Below, in pieces: positions 8,417-15,622 of a DNA stretch of 64,000 nt (positions are counted from its first letter, which is position 1; every line of letters begins with the position of its first letter). Under the pieces are notes generated by a model. That model saw nothing but the letters and a program-made list of their open reading frames with translations, had not been told where the DNA came from and ran no database searches. The stretch is from Candidatus Omnitrophota bacterium (GTDB lineage Bacteria > Omnitrophota > Gorgyraeia > Zapsychrales > Fredricksoniimonadaceae), in NCBI GenBank assembly GCA_903861305.1, contig CAIOTT010000022.1, positions 4,049 to 68,048 of the forward strand. Direction: 5' to 3'. Both the position numbers and the translations under genes were made by a program.

Positions 8417-8698
8417 TTATTTCTTGGCGCCGCCAGCCGGTTTGGCCGCCGGTTTGGCTGCTGCAGAAGCTGCCGCCGGAGCCGCTGCGCCGTCTTTCGC
8501 AGCCGCACCTGCCGCTTCCTTGGCCTTCTTCTTGCCAGCCTTGACACGGACCTGCTGGGTCTTGGGAAGGTTGGTGACGGTACTTGCGTCAGACCACTGG
8601 CCTTTTTTCATAAGTTCATTGATGCGTTCGATACGCGTGAGGACCGTCCTCTGCGCCGCACCAGCCTTGTCGATACGAAGCGATGAATGAAGTGACAT
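8417..8698 (-). CDS. Small basic protein (PVC-type, TIGR04137-like by recollection) with Ala/Lys-rich tail
   Basis: MSLHSSLRIDKAG..RTVLTRIERINELMKKGQW....NLPKTQQVRV matches my memory of the 'small basic protein' family. The C-terminal tail is KAGKKKAKEAAGAAAKDGAAAPAAASAAAKPAAKPAGGAKK. Confidence 0.6.
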   Translation of the reverse strand: MSLHSSLRIDKAGAAQRTVLTRIERINELMKKGQWSDASTVTNLPKTQQVRVKAGKKKAKEAAGAAAKDGAAAPAAASAAAKPAAKPAGGAKK

Positions 8699-8699
8699 T

Positions 8700-9329
8700 T
8701 TACAATCTCCTGACTAAAGAATCACGATAAAGACTTTTTAACTGCCTTCTGGTATCAGAGGAATCTTCTTTTCTCTGGAAGTTCCCGACACACACGATGG
8801 TATAACTTCCTTTCGGAAGTACATACACATCCTTGAACCCTTTTTGCTTGAGCACGTCAGCCGCTCGCTGAGCCGGCCCCTCATTCTTGTAAGTCGCCAC
8901 CTGCACGGTATAGGCGCCGCTTCCGGCAACAGCCGTTGCCGCGGCCGCAGGGGCAGCTCCAACATCAACCACGGGCTTGCCTTTGACCATGGTCTGCGAT
9001 GAAAGCGCCGGAGCCTTCATCTTCTGACTGTCAACCGACGACACCTTTGCGTCATCTTTAACAGTGTCCCTGTCGTTCTTCGCGGCAGGGACATTCGCGG
9101 CCACCGTCTCAGATGACTCAGGCGCGCTCAAAGCGATCTTTTTCCCGCGCTCGATCCCCATCGCGAAAGAAAAGATGACCATCATTATAGCCACGATCGA
9201 TAAAATTACAAGATTTTCCAAAGAGAGGCTGATCTGAGCCGCCATATAACGCGGCTGCAGATTTTCCCCTTCCTTCCCAGAAGCCTGGGAAAGAAAGTCT
9301 ATCTGTCGTTCTTTATAATTAATATTCAT
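8700..9329 (-). CDS. SPOR domain protein (septal peptidoglycan-binding, FtsN/DedD-like)
   Basis: Cytoplasmic N-terminus, one TM helix (LVILSIVAIMMVIFSFAMGI), a low-complexity linker and a C-terminal SPOR pattern YTVQVATYKNEGPAQRAADVLKQKGFKDVYVLPKGSYTIVCVGNF. Confidence 0.75.
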   Translation of the reverse strand: MNINYKERQIDFLSQASGKEGENLQPRYMAAQISLSLENLVILSIVAIMMVIFSFAMGIERGKKIALSAPESSETVAANVPAAKNDRDTVKDDAKVSSVDSQKMKAPALSSQTMVKGKPVVDVGAAPAAAATAVAGSGAYTVQVATYKNEGPAQRAADVLKQKGFKDVYVLPKGSYTIVCVGNFQRKEDSSDTRRQLKSLYRDSLVRRL

Positions 9330-9370
9330 TGTAACTTTTGCCTTAATAAGATTGTATGAAGAATAATATG

Positions 9371-9400
9371 ATTATAGTTTTATTTACGAACTGTGCTCAA
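9371..9400 (-). promoter_or_regulatory. Candidate sigma70 promoter TTGAGC-N18-TATAAT upstream of the SPOR gene
   Basis: Reverse complement of gctcaa (9395-9400) and attata (9371-9376). It sits in the only AT-rich spacer of this region and the -10 is a perfect TATAAT about 40 nt upstream of the SPOR ATG. Confidence 0.3.
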
Positions 9401-10450
9401 GAAATTTCTGAATTTTTTTTCTTTCGACAACGCGAGGAAAACATCCACGACATGGGGGTCGAACTGGGTGCCGCTGTGGCGCCTGACCTCACGAAGGGCC
9501 TCGTCAACCGTCAGGCGCTTGCGGTAGGGCCTCCCCTGCACCATGCTTTCGAACGCGTCGACGACCGACATGATGCGCGCGCCCAGCGGGATCTGGTCCT
9601 TCTTGAGCCCCGACGGGTATCCTGTACCGTCATATTTCTCGTGCAGGTAAAGCACGACGGGAAGGACCGGCTTGAGGAACTCAAAAGGCTTGATCAGGTC
9701 AGCGCTCTTGCGGGGCAAATTACGGATCACCTTGAACTCCTGCGCCGACAACTGCCTCTTTTTCGCGAGGATCTGGTAAGGGATGTCGATCGCGCCGACG
9801 TTATGAAGGACGCTGGCATAATAAAGATTGTTCGCGCTCTCCTGGTCCATCCGCAATCTCTGGGAGACGGCCTTGACGATCTTGAAATATACCGGGCTGT
9901 GCAGGCGGTAATGAGGGTTCTGTTTCTCCAGAAGCGTCCTCACCAGCTTCATCGCCTCGAGCAGGATCTTCTGTTGCTGTTCCGAGAACTGGAGGTTCTT
10001 GATCGCCGTCACGGACTGCTCCGCGAAGATCGTGAACATTTCACGATCATAGTCGTCGAACGGCGGTTCATTGTCCTTGCGCTTGATGATGATCGCCCCG
10101 ATGCACTCGTCGGTAACAAGAGGCATCCCCATCATCCGCTCGTCGAAGATCGACGCCCCTTCGGTGACGCTTTTTTCCCGGGCGCTGACGCGCTTGAGCT
10201 CGCCCGGCTTTGTGACGATGTAATTGATCTCGTTATTAAAAACCGCGATCATCGCGAGTTTCTGGCTGTCGGGAGCAAGGAGGTAGATATTGGCCGACGT
10301 CGCCTTGACGAACTGGCACAAAAGCCGTGTCAGCCTCAGGGAGAGCTCTTTCAGGTTCGGCGTCGAATTCACCAGGCGATACACAATGTGCACCGCCGAG
10401 ATGATCTGTTTATACTTTTTTGTAAGGCTCGAAGAATCGTTTATATTCAT
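9380..10450 (-). CDS. GAF-like N-terminal domain + HD-GYP domain protein (HD motif degenerate)
   Basis: C-terminal HEKYDGTGYPSGLKKDQIPLGARIMSVVDAFESM is the HD-GYP signature. The usual LHDIGK reads LHNVGA. ATG checked at 10450 (MNINDSS). Confidence 0.8.
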   Translation of the reverse strand: MNINDSSSLTKKYKQIISAVHIVYRLVNSTPNLKELSLRLTRLLCQFVKATSANIYLLAPDSQKLAMIAVFNNEINYIVTKPGELKRVSAREKSVTEGASIFDERMMGMPLVTDECIGAIIIKRKDNEPPFDDYDREMFTIFAEQSVTAIKNLQFSEQQQKILLEAMKLVRTLLEKQNPHYRLHSPVYFKIVKAVSQRLRMDQESANNLYYASVLHNVGAIDIPYQILAKKRQLSAQEFKVIRNLPRKSADLIKPFEFLKPVLPVVLYLHEKYDGTGYPSGLKKDQIPLGARIMSVVDAFESMVQGRPYRKRLTVDEALREVRRHSGTQFDPHVVDVFLALSKEKKFRNFLSTVRK

Positions 10451-11621
10451 CCAATGCCGCCCTGTCGGTCATTGCCGCGATGTAATTGCACACAACCATA
10501 TGTTTTTCCTTGTCGGAATAGCTGCGCGCTCTGTCAAAAACATCATACGGCAACTGCTTGGGATTGTCCAGATAGACATCAAAAAGCTCGTTAAGGATCC
10601 GGCGGGCCTTGGAAGTCATGCGCTCCACCCGCCAGTGGTGATACACTTTTTCGAATAAAATATCCTGCAACTGCGCGCGTTCACGGACCATCTTGACGGA
10701 AAAATCCACACTGCCCTTGCCCTGTTTCTTGGCCAGGTCTTCGAGCGACTTGCCGGCATGGCCCTCAAGGCGCTGCGACGTGGCCGTCAACAGGTCCTGG
10801 ACCTGCATGTCAATGAGGGCACGCACCACCTGGTATTTGAACATCGCATCGGTGGCCACAAGTCCGGGCCTCTTGATCCCCTCCACGGCACGCCTCCAAA
10901 GGCTGCTTTCCTGGAGGTCCTCAGCCGTAATGCAGCCGGAGGTCAGCCCGTCGTCAATGTCATGGTTCAGGTACGCCAGTGAATCCGCCTTGTCCACCAC
11001 CTGGGCTTCCAGCGAACACGCCCTGACCTTGAGCTTCCGGGCGAACTCCCGGGCTCCGACGACACTTGAACCGGAGATCTTGTCATACAGCGACTCGTGC
11101 TTAAGGATCCCGACGAGGACCTCCACCGTGAGGTTGAGGCCGTCAAAATGCGGATAGCGTTTTTCAAAACGCGTCACGACATCAAAACTCCGCCGGTTAT
11201 GATTGAACCCGTCGAGCCCCGCTTTCTTCAGGCGCTGGTCGAGGGCGGCTTCCCCCGCGTGGCCAAAAGGCGGATGACCCAGGTCATGGGCCAGTGCGAC
11301 CGCCTCGATAAGGTCCTCATTAAGGCAGAGGTTGCGGCCGATGCTGCGCGCCAGCTGGGCCACCTCAAGGGTATGCGTGAGGCGCGTGCGGTAATAATCA
11401 TTCTCAAAAACTATAAAGACCTGGGTCTTGTACTCAAGCTTGCGGAAAGCTTCACTGTGGACGACGCGGTCACGGTCGCGCTGAAAGCACGTGCGGCTCG
11501 CGTGTTCCGTCTCATCGAACTGCCGCCCCCAGGACGCACTCGCGTGCGACGCGTACGAAGCCAGCAGCCTATCTTCGTTCTTTTCTATGTCGACCCTTGT
11601 TCTCATTGATGATCCGTTCAT
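10410..11621 (-). CDS. dgt: Deoxyguanosinetriphosphate triphosphohydrolase-like protein (dNTPase, HD superfamily)
   Basis: RDRDRVVHSEAFRKLEYKTQVF, RLTHTLEVAQLARSI, ALAHDLGHPPFGHAGE. ATG at 11621 (or Met6 at 11606). Confidence 0.9.
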   Translation of the reverse strand: MNGSSMRTRVDIEKNEDRLLASYASHASASWGRQFDETEHASRTCFQRDRDRVVHSEAFRKLEYKTQVFIVFENDYYRTRLTHTLEVAQLARSIGRNLCLNEDLIEAVALAHDLGHPPFGHAGEAALDQRLKKAGLDGFNHNRRSFDVVTRFEKRYPHFDGLNLTVEVLVGILKHESLYDKISGSSVVGAREFARKLKVRACSLEAQVVDKADSLAYLNHDIDDGLTSGCITAEDLQESSLWRRAVEGIKRPGLVATDAMFKYQVVRALIDMQVQDLLTATSQRLEGHAGKSLEDLAKKQGKGSVDFSVKMVRERAQLQDILFEKVYHHWRVERMTSKARRILNELFDVYLDNPKQLPYDVFDRARSYSDKEKHMVVCNYIAAMTDRAALDEYKRFFEPYKKV

Positions 11622-12078
11622 AGGTGTCTTCCAGTGATATCGGGATCACTTTTGTCCCGAATAACGCCGGAAGGAAATTAACGTCACCCGACCAGCGCGG
11701 GACGACATGGATATGGAGATGTTCGGGAATGCCGGCCCCTGCCAAATGGCCGACGTTCATCCCGACATTGAATGCCTGGGGGTTGAATGCCTTGCGGCAC
11801 ATGGCCTTGACCTTGATGAGCGCGTCCATCAAGTCCGTCCGCTCATCCTGGCTCAGCTTTTCGAGGCTGTCGACGTGACGCTGCGGCAGCACAAGCGCGT
11901 GCCCGCCGTTGAAAGGATAAATATTCAAAACACCGAACGAATGTTCCGTGCGAAGGAAAATATAACGCTCCCTGTCCTTGTTCTCTTTCAGGATACGGCA
12001 GAACACACAGCCTTTTTTCCTGGCCTTGCTTACCTTCTCGACATACGTCTTGCGCCAGGGTGCCCAGAGAACATCCAT
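11569..12078 (-). CDS. HIT family protein (GalT/Ap4A-phosphorylase-like branch)
   Basis: Histidine triad HLHIHVVPRWSGDVNF. N-terminal WAPWRKTYV as in the Ap4A phosphorylase-type HIT proteins. Confidence 0.85.
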   Translation of the reverse strand: MDVLWAPWRKTYVEKVSKARKKGCVFCRILKENKDRERYIFLRTEHSFGVLNIYPFNGGHALVLPQRHVDSLEKLSQDERTDLMDALIKVKAMCRKAFNPQAFNVGMNVGHLAGAGIPEHLHIHVVPRWSGDVNFLPALFGTKVIPISLEDTYERIINENKGRHRKERR

Positions 12079-12557
12079 TATCCCAGCCTCACGATCTTAG
12101 CTTTGACCTTGCCGTCCTTTAATTCCAGGACTCCGTAGGAAAGATACGGTGAACGAATAGTGTCCGTCGGGCTTCCGGGATTAAAGAAAAGAACGCCATC
12201 CACCATTTCATTGTACGGCTCATGGGAATGACCGAACACGACGACCTGCACGTCCTGCCCCTTGAAAAGCCTGCCCAGCCGCGCCGCCGTACCCTTCGGA
12301 CTGCCATCGCCATGAACAAGGCCGACGCGGACCCCCTCACATTCAAAGACCGTTTGCTTCGGCAGGGCATCGTGCAACGCCGCCCCGTCCATATTGCCAT
12401 GGACCGCGCGGATATCCTTCATCGCCTTTAGCTGGCGGTAAACCTCGAGATCGGAAAAATCACCGGCATGCACGATCATGTCCGCGCTGCGGATGTCCCT
12501 GATAAGGGCTGCAGGCAACGGGCTCGAATGCGTGTCAGAAAGAACAATGATCCTCAT
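12078..12557 (-). CDS. YfcE/MJ0936-family metallophosphoesterase
   Basis: MRIIVLSDTHS, VHAGDF, HGNMD, VFGHSHEP motifs in canonical order. 159 aa. Confidence 0.85.
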   Translation of the reverse strand: MRIIVLSDTHSSPLPAALIRDIRSADMIVHAGDFSDLEVYRQLKAMKDIRAVHGNMDGAALHDALPKQTVFECEGVRVGLVHGDGSPKGTAARLGRLFKGQDVQVVVFGHSHEPYNEMVDGVLFFNPGSPTDTIRSPYLSYGVLELKDGKVKAKIVRLG

Positions 12558-14173
12558 GAAACGATGTAAGGCTTGTCGTAAAGGCTCATCAGGGAATTAA
12601 GTTCCGGTTCGTTCCATATCCACATGCGTTCCTCCAGCGCCTTGAGCTTCGCACCCTCATCAAGCGCGGAAAGCGACACGATAACGCAACGGCGCGGGCG
12701 GATGCCCAGCTTGCGCGCCTCCTCGGCAATGGCATTAATATCTCCCTCGGCAAGAGGATCCTTCCTGAGAACAAGCAGCCAGGGGCCTTCCTCGGTTTCG
12801 GCCTGCAGCACATCAAAATAATTCCCGCAGCGGTTCCTGATCTTCAGGGGTTTGACATCCGTGAACACCGGAAGCCTGTAAAGATGACCGTGCAGGCTGA
12901 GGATCTCATTCTCGAAACAGCGGACGAGCTCCGTCACCCGGGTTGAAAGGTCCTTGCGGGCCGTCAACTGAAAATCATTGACCGCACGGGTCACCTCATC
13001 CTTGAATTCCTTGATCTGACGGCCGGGTTCCATATCCACCGCCTTGATACGGCGCTGGAACACATACTTGACCCAGTAACGAAAAAGCTTGTCCTTGATG
13101 TAGAAATAAGTGCCGTTCTTTTCAACGATGTCCTGCTCGATCAGATAGCCAAGCTTCTGGGTAACCGGGCCCTGTTTGGCGGCAAGAACGTCCATGATCT
13201 CCTTGGTTTTGTGCGTGCCGTTGGCCAGCGCAAAAAGGATGTCCATGACAAGGCGGTTCGCGCGCCCGGAACAAATGCGGTCAACAACAAGCTCAAAATG
13301 CCGGCTCAACGCGCCCCAGCGGCTGAAAACAAGGTTCTCAACAGCCTGGACAACAAGCGGCGCGTACACTTCCTGCTGCTTGTAGATCGCACTCAGATTA
13401 AGAAGTTCATGGAGGAGGATGTCCAGATAAAGAGGCCGCCCGCCGGTAAAGTCAGCCAGGAAATTACGCAGGGACAAACCCATGCGAACGTCAGCCATCC
13501 GCTGTTCAATGAAATACTGACTGGCTTTGAGGTCGAACGGCTGGACGTTCACGATCTCGAAATTCCCGAATAAAAGCATCAACTTCTCGGAGAGGATCTT
13601 CTTGGCAAGCTCTTCGTAAGAACTGGTGATGATAAAAAGGCATTTTTTCTGGGTCGTGATGCTGTCGGCAAGAAGCTTAAAAGGCTCGGGAACACCAAGA
13701 TCCTCAAGCCGGTGGAATTCATCAAGGATGAAAACGCACGTCACCCCCGACTCGCGGATCAGCATGTCCGGCAAACAAAGGGCTGCCTGGTATGCCTCGG
13801 CAAAACGCCCCTTCTCGACCAGCGCGGAAGCCTCGACCGCAGCCGCTGCCGTACACGGAATGAACGGCCGCACCGTCTGGGCCAGCAACGGCAAAGACTC
13901 CTGCAAAGGCAGTCCTTTGATGCGCGCGTACTGATAGAGGATGCTGCGCGTCGCCCTGGAAACGAAATAATGGATATCCCGCCCCTCAAGATCAAGATAA
14001 AGAGGGACAACCGCATTATCATCAAGGTCATTTAGGAATTTAAGGAGGATGGTGCTTTTACCGATATAGGAGCTGCCGATAAAAGCGAGGTTCTGGCGGC
14101 AGCCTTCTTTAAGGTCGCCGACGCGTTTGCGGATCAAATCCAGGATATCTTTTCTGCCGCAAAAATGGGTCAT
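12554..14173 (-). CDS. AAA+ ATPase (archaeal-ATPase/COG1672-like) with winged-helix and C-terminal DUF234-like domain
   Basis: Walker A GSSYIGKST, Walker B VFILDEFH. A wHTH-like segment (KTKEIMDVLAAKQGPVTQKLGYLIEQDIVEKNGTYFYIKDKLFRYW). A C-terminal roughly 100 aa alpha/beta module (YFDVLQAETEEGPWLLVLRK...). Domain names are from memory. Confidence 0.7.
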   Translation of the reverse strand: MTHFCGRKDILDLIRKRVGDLKEGCRQNLAFIGSSYIGKSTILLKFLNDLDDNAVVPLYLDLEGRDIHYFVSRATRSILYQYARIKGLPLQESLPLLAQTVRPFIPCTAAAAVEASALVEKGRFAEAYQAALCLPDMLIRESGVTCVFILDEFHRLEDLGVPEPFKLLADSITTQKKCLFIITSSYEELAKKILSEKLMLLFGNFEIVNVQPFDLKASQYFIEQRMADVRMGLSLRNFLADFTGGRPLYLDILLHELLNLSAIYKQQEVYAPLVVQAVENLVFSRWGALSRHFELVVDRICSGRANRLVMDILFALANGTHKTKEIMDVLAAKQGPVTQKLGYLIEQDIVEKNGTYFYIKDKLFRYWVKYVFQRRIKAVDMEPGRQIKEFKDEVTRAVNDFQLTARKDLSTRVTELVRCFENEILSLHGHLYRLPVFTDVKPLKIRNRCGNYFDVLQAETEEGPWLLVLRKDPLAEGDINAIAEEARKLGIRPRRCVIVSLSALDEGAKLKALEERMWIWNEPELNSLMSLYDKPYIVS

Positions 14174-14193
14174 GTCAGAAATCTTGCCTTGAT

Positions 14194-14886
14194 TTATGGC
14201 AGATAAAGCAACGGGTTCGTTGCCTTGCTGCCTTTGCGCACTTCAAAATGCAAATAAGCCAGATCACCGACCTGCGCGACCTTCCCGCCACGCAGGACAT
14301 GATCGCCGAGACCGACCATCAAGCGGGCATTGTGCGCATAAACGGTAAAGAAGCCATCGCCGTGATCGAGAATGACCGTTTCCCCATACCCGGCCAGGCG
14401 GTCTGCCAGGACCACACTGCCATCGCGCGCCGCCTTGACGGCATCCCCGTCAGCCACCCTGATGTCAATGCCCTCGTTTACCGCCAGGCCGCGATGATCC
14501 TGGAAATACGACACCACCTTGCCCATGACGGGCCAGGCGTAATCCGATGAGTTTTCCGTCAAAGATGGAACAACAACCTCCCGGACGCTATCCGCTCCGG
14601 GAATAAATATAAGCTGGTTCTCTTCGATGGATGCCGTACTGGGAATGCCATTGGCTTGAATGATGCTTTCAACAGGGACTTTATAGGTTTTGGCGATACG
14701 CCAGAGCGTTTCACCCTTACTGACCTTATGCTGAATGCCTTTCTTCAGCGCTGGCTTTGTCGGAACACCCGCCGATGTGCCAGCCGGCGCCACCGTCGGC
14801 GCGTGCACCGTGGCACAGCCGGCCAAAAAGAAAACGGCCCCTATGGCGGCGCATGCACGAAAAAGAATTCTTATCAATAAGACCAT
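14194..14886 (-). CDS. LysM + M23 peptidase lipoprotein (NlpD-like)
   Basis: Lipoprotein signal with lipobox FFLAGC. LysM HKVSKGETLWRIAKTYKVPVESIIQANGI. M23 region GIDIRVADGDAV...VILDHGDGFFTVYAHN...YLHFEVRKG. Confidence 0.85.
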   Translation of the reverse strand: MVLLIRILFRACAAIGAVFFLAGCATVHAPTVAPAGTSAGVPTKPALKKGIQHKVSKGETLWRIAKTYKVPVESIIQANGIPSTASIEENQLIFIPGADSVREVVVPSLTENSSDYAWPVMGKVVSYFQDHRGLAVNEGIDIRVADGDAVKAARDGSVVLADRLAGYGETVILDHGDGFFTVYAHNARLMVGLGDHVLRGGKVAQVGDLAYLHFEVRKGSKATNPLLYLP

Positions 14887-14897
14887 GTAAAAAATCT

Positions 14898-14971
14898 TGG
14901 AGCGAGAGACGGGGATCGAACCCGCGTAGCCAGCTTGGGAAGCTGGAATTCTACCACTGAATTACTCTCGC
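14898..14971 (-). tRNA. tRNA-Gly (anticodon CCC), CCA encoded
   Basis: Reverse complement folds by hand into a cloverleaf: GCGAGAG-TA-ATTC/AGTGGTA/GAAT-T-CCAGC/TTCCCAA/GCTGG-CTAC-GCGGG/TTCGATC/CCCGT-CTCTCGC-T-CCA. 74 nt. Confidence 0.9.
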
Positions 14972-14983
14972 GTAAGTAAGCTG

Positions 14984-15622
14984 TTATCCCGATGTCAAAG
15001 CCCTTTTGAGCTCCTTCGCCACGCGCGCAGGATGCCGCGCAAGAAGGATCTCCCGGCAAACCGCCACCCTTGTCACGCCATGCGCGCGTACAAGAGGGAT
15101 ATTACTGCGCGTGATCCCGCCGATAAAAAAAACAGGGATCTTCGCGCGGCGGACTGCTTCAGCCAACAGTTGCAGATCCATCGCGGAACGCCCGGGCTTG
15201 GTCAATGTCTTGAAAACGGAACCGAACCCCGCATAATCAGCCCCATCCCGCTGGGCCTGGGCAAGATGCGCCAGGGTCTGACAGGACTTGCCAACAATAA
15301 CCTTGCGCCCGACGATCGCGCGCGCCACGGCGACAGGAAGATCATCCTGCCCCACATGCACGCCCGAAGCTCCCGACGCCACGGCGATATCGGCACGGTC
15401 ATTAACGATGAATGGTACCCGGCCTTTCAAATAGCACTGGGCGCGCCTGATGAACGCGACCGACTTCAAAACTGTTCCCAATTTATCACGAAGTTGGACA
15501 ATGTCAACCCCGTTGTTGACCCCTGCCTGGAGCACATCCCACAGCCGCGCGTGATCACAGACTTGCGCGTCCAGGATCAGATAAAGGCTAGATCTTTGCC
15601 AGGGTCTCTTTTTCAATGTCAT
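14984..15622 (-). CDS. thiE: Thiamine-phosphate synthase
   Basis: Track ORF 14984..15817. ThiE homology starts at Met66 (MTLKKRPWQRSSLYLILD; ATG checked at 15620-15622). Motifs VQLRDK, VHVGQDD, GFGSVF.T.TK, FFIGGI. Confidence 0.88.
   Translation of the reverse strand: MTLKKRPWQRSSLYLILDAQVCDHARLWDVLQAGVNNGVDIVQLRDKLGTVLKSVAFIRRAQCYLKGRVPFIVNDRADIAVASGASGVHVGQDDLPVAVARAIVGRKVIVGKSCQTLAHLAQAQRDGADYAGFGSVFKTLTKPGRSAMDLQLLAEAVRRAKIPVFFIGGITRSNIPLVRAHGVTRVAVCREILLARHPARVAKELKRALTSG

Noticed and set aside
8431-8470. Short tandem DNA repeat ccggtttggc(c/t)g x2 and surrounding GC-rich low complexity, which could look like a repeat array.
   Set aside because: There are only two units. They lie inside a coding region and encode the AKPAAKPA part of the small basic protein tail. 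It is not CRISPR-like.
7631-8686. 351-aa plus-strand ORF antisense to the SH3b protein and the small basic protein.
   Set aside because: It is a shadow ORF with Arg/Pro/Gly-rich nonsense composition. The minus-strand genes have signal peptide and domain patterns.
9356-10594. 412-aa plus-strand ORF antisense to the GAF-HD-GYP gene.
   Set aside because: It is codon-aligned antisense frame of a motif-supported gene and has no recognisable domains.
9330-14971. Possibility that the block 3' of tRNA-Gly is an integrated genomic island.
   Set aside because: There is no integrase or recombinase. I found no direct repeat of the tRNA 3' end at the distal boundary (9330-9400), and no compositional break that I can document without computation.
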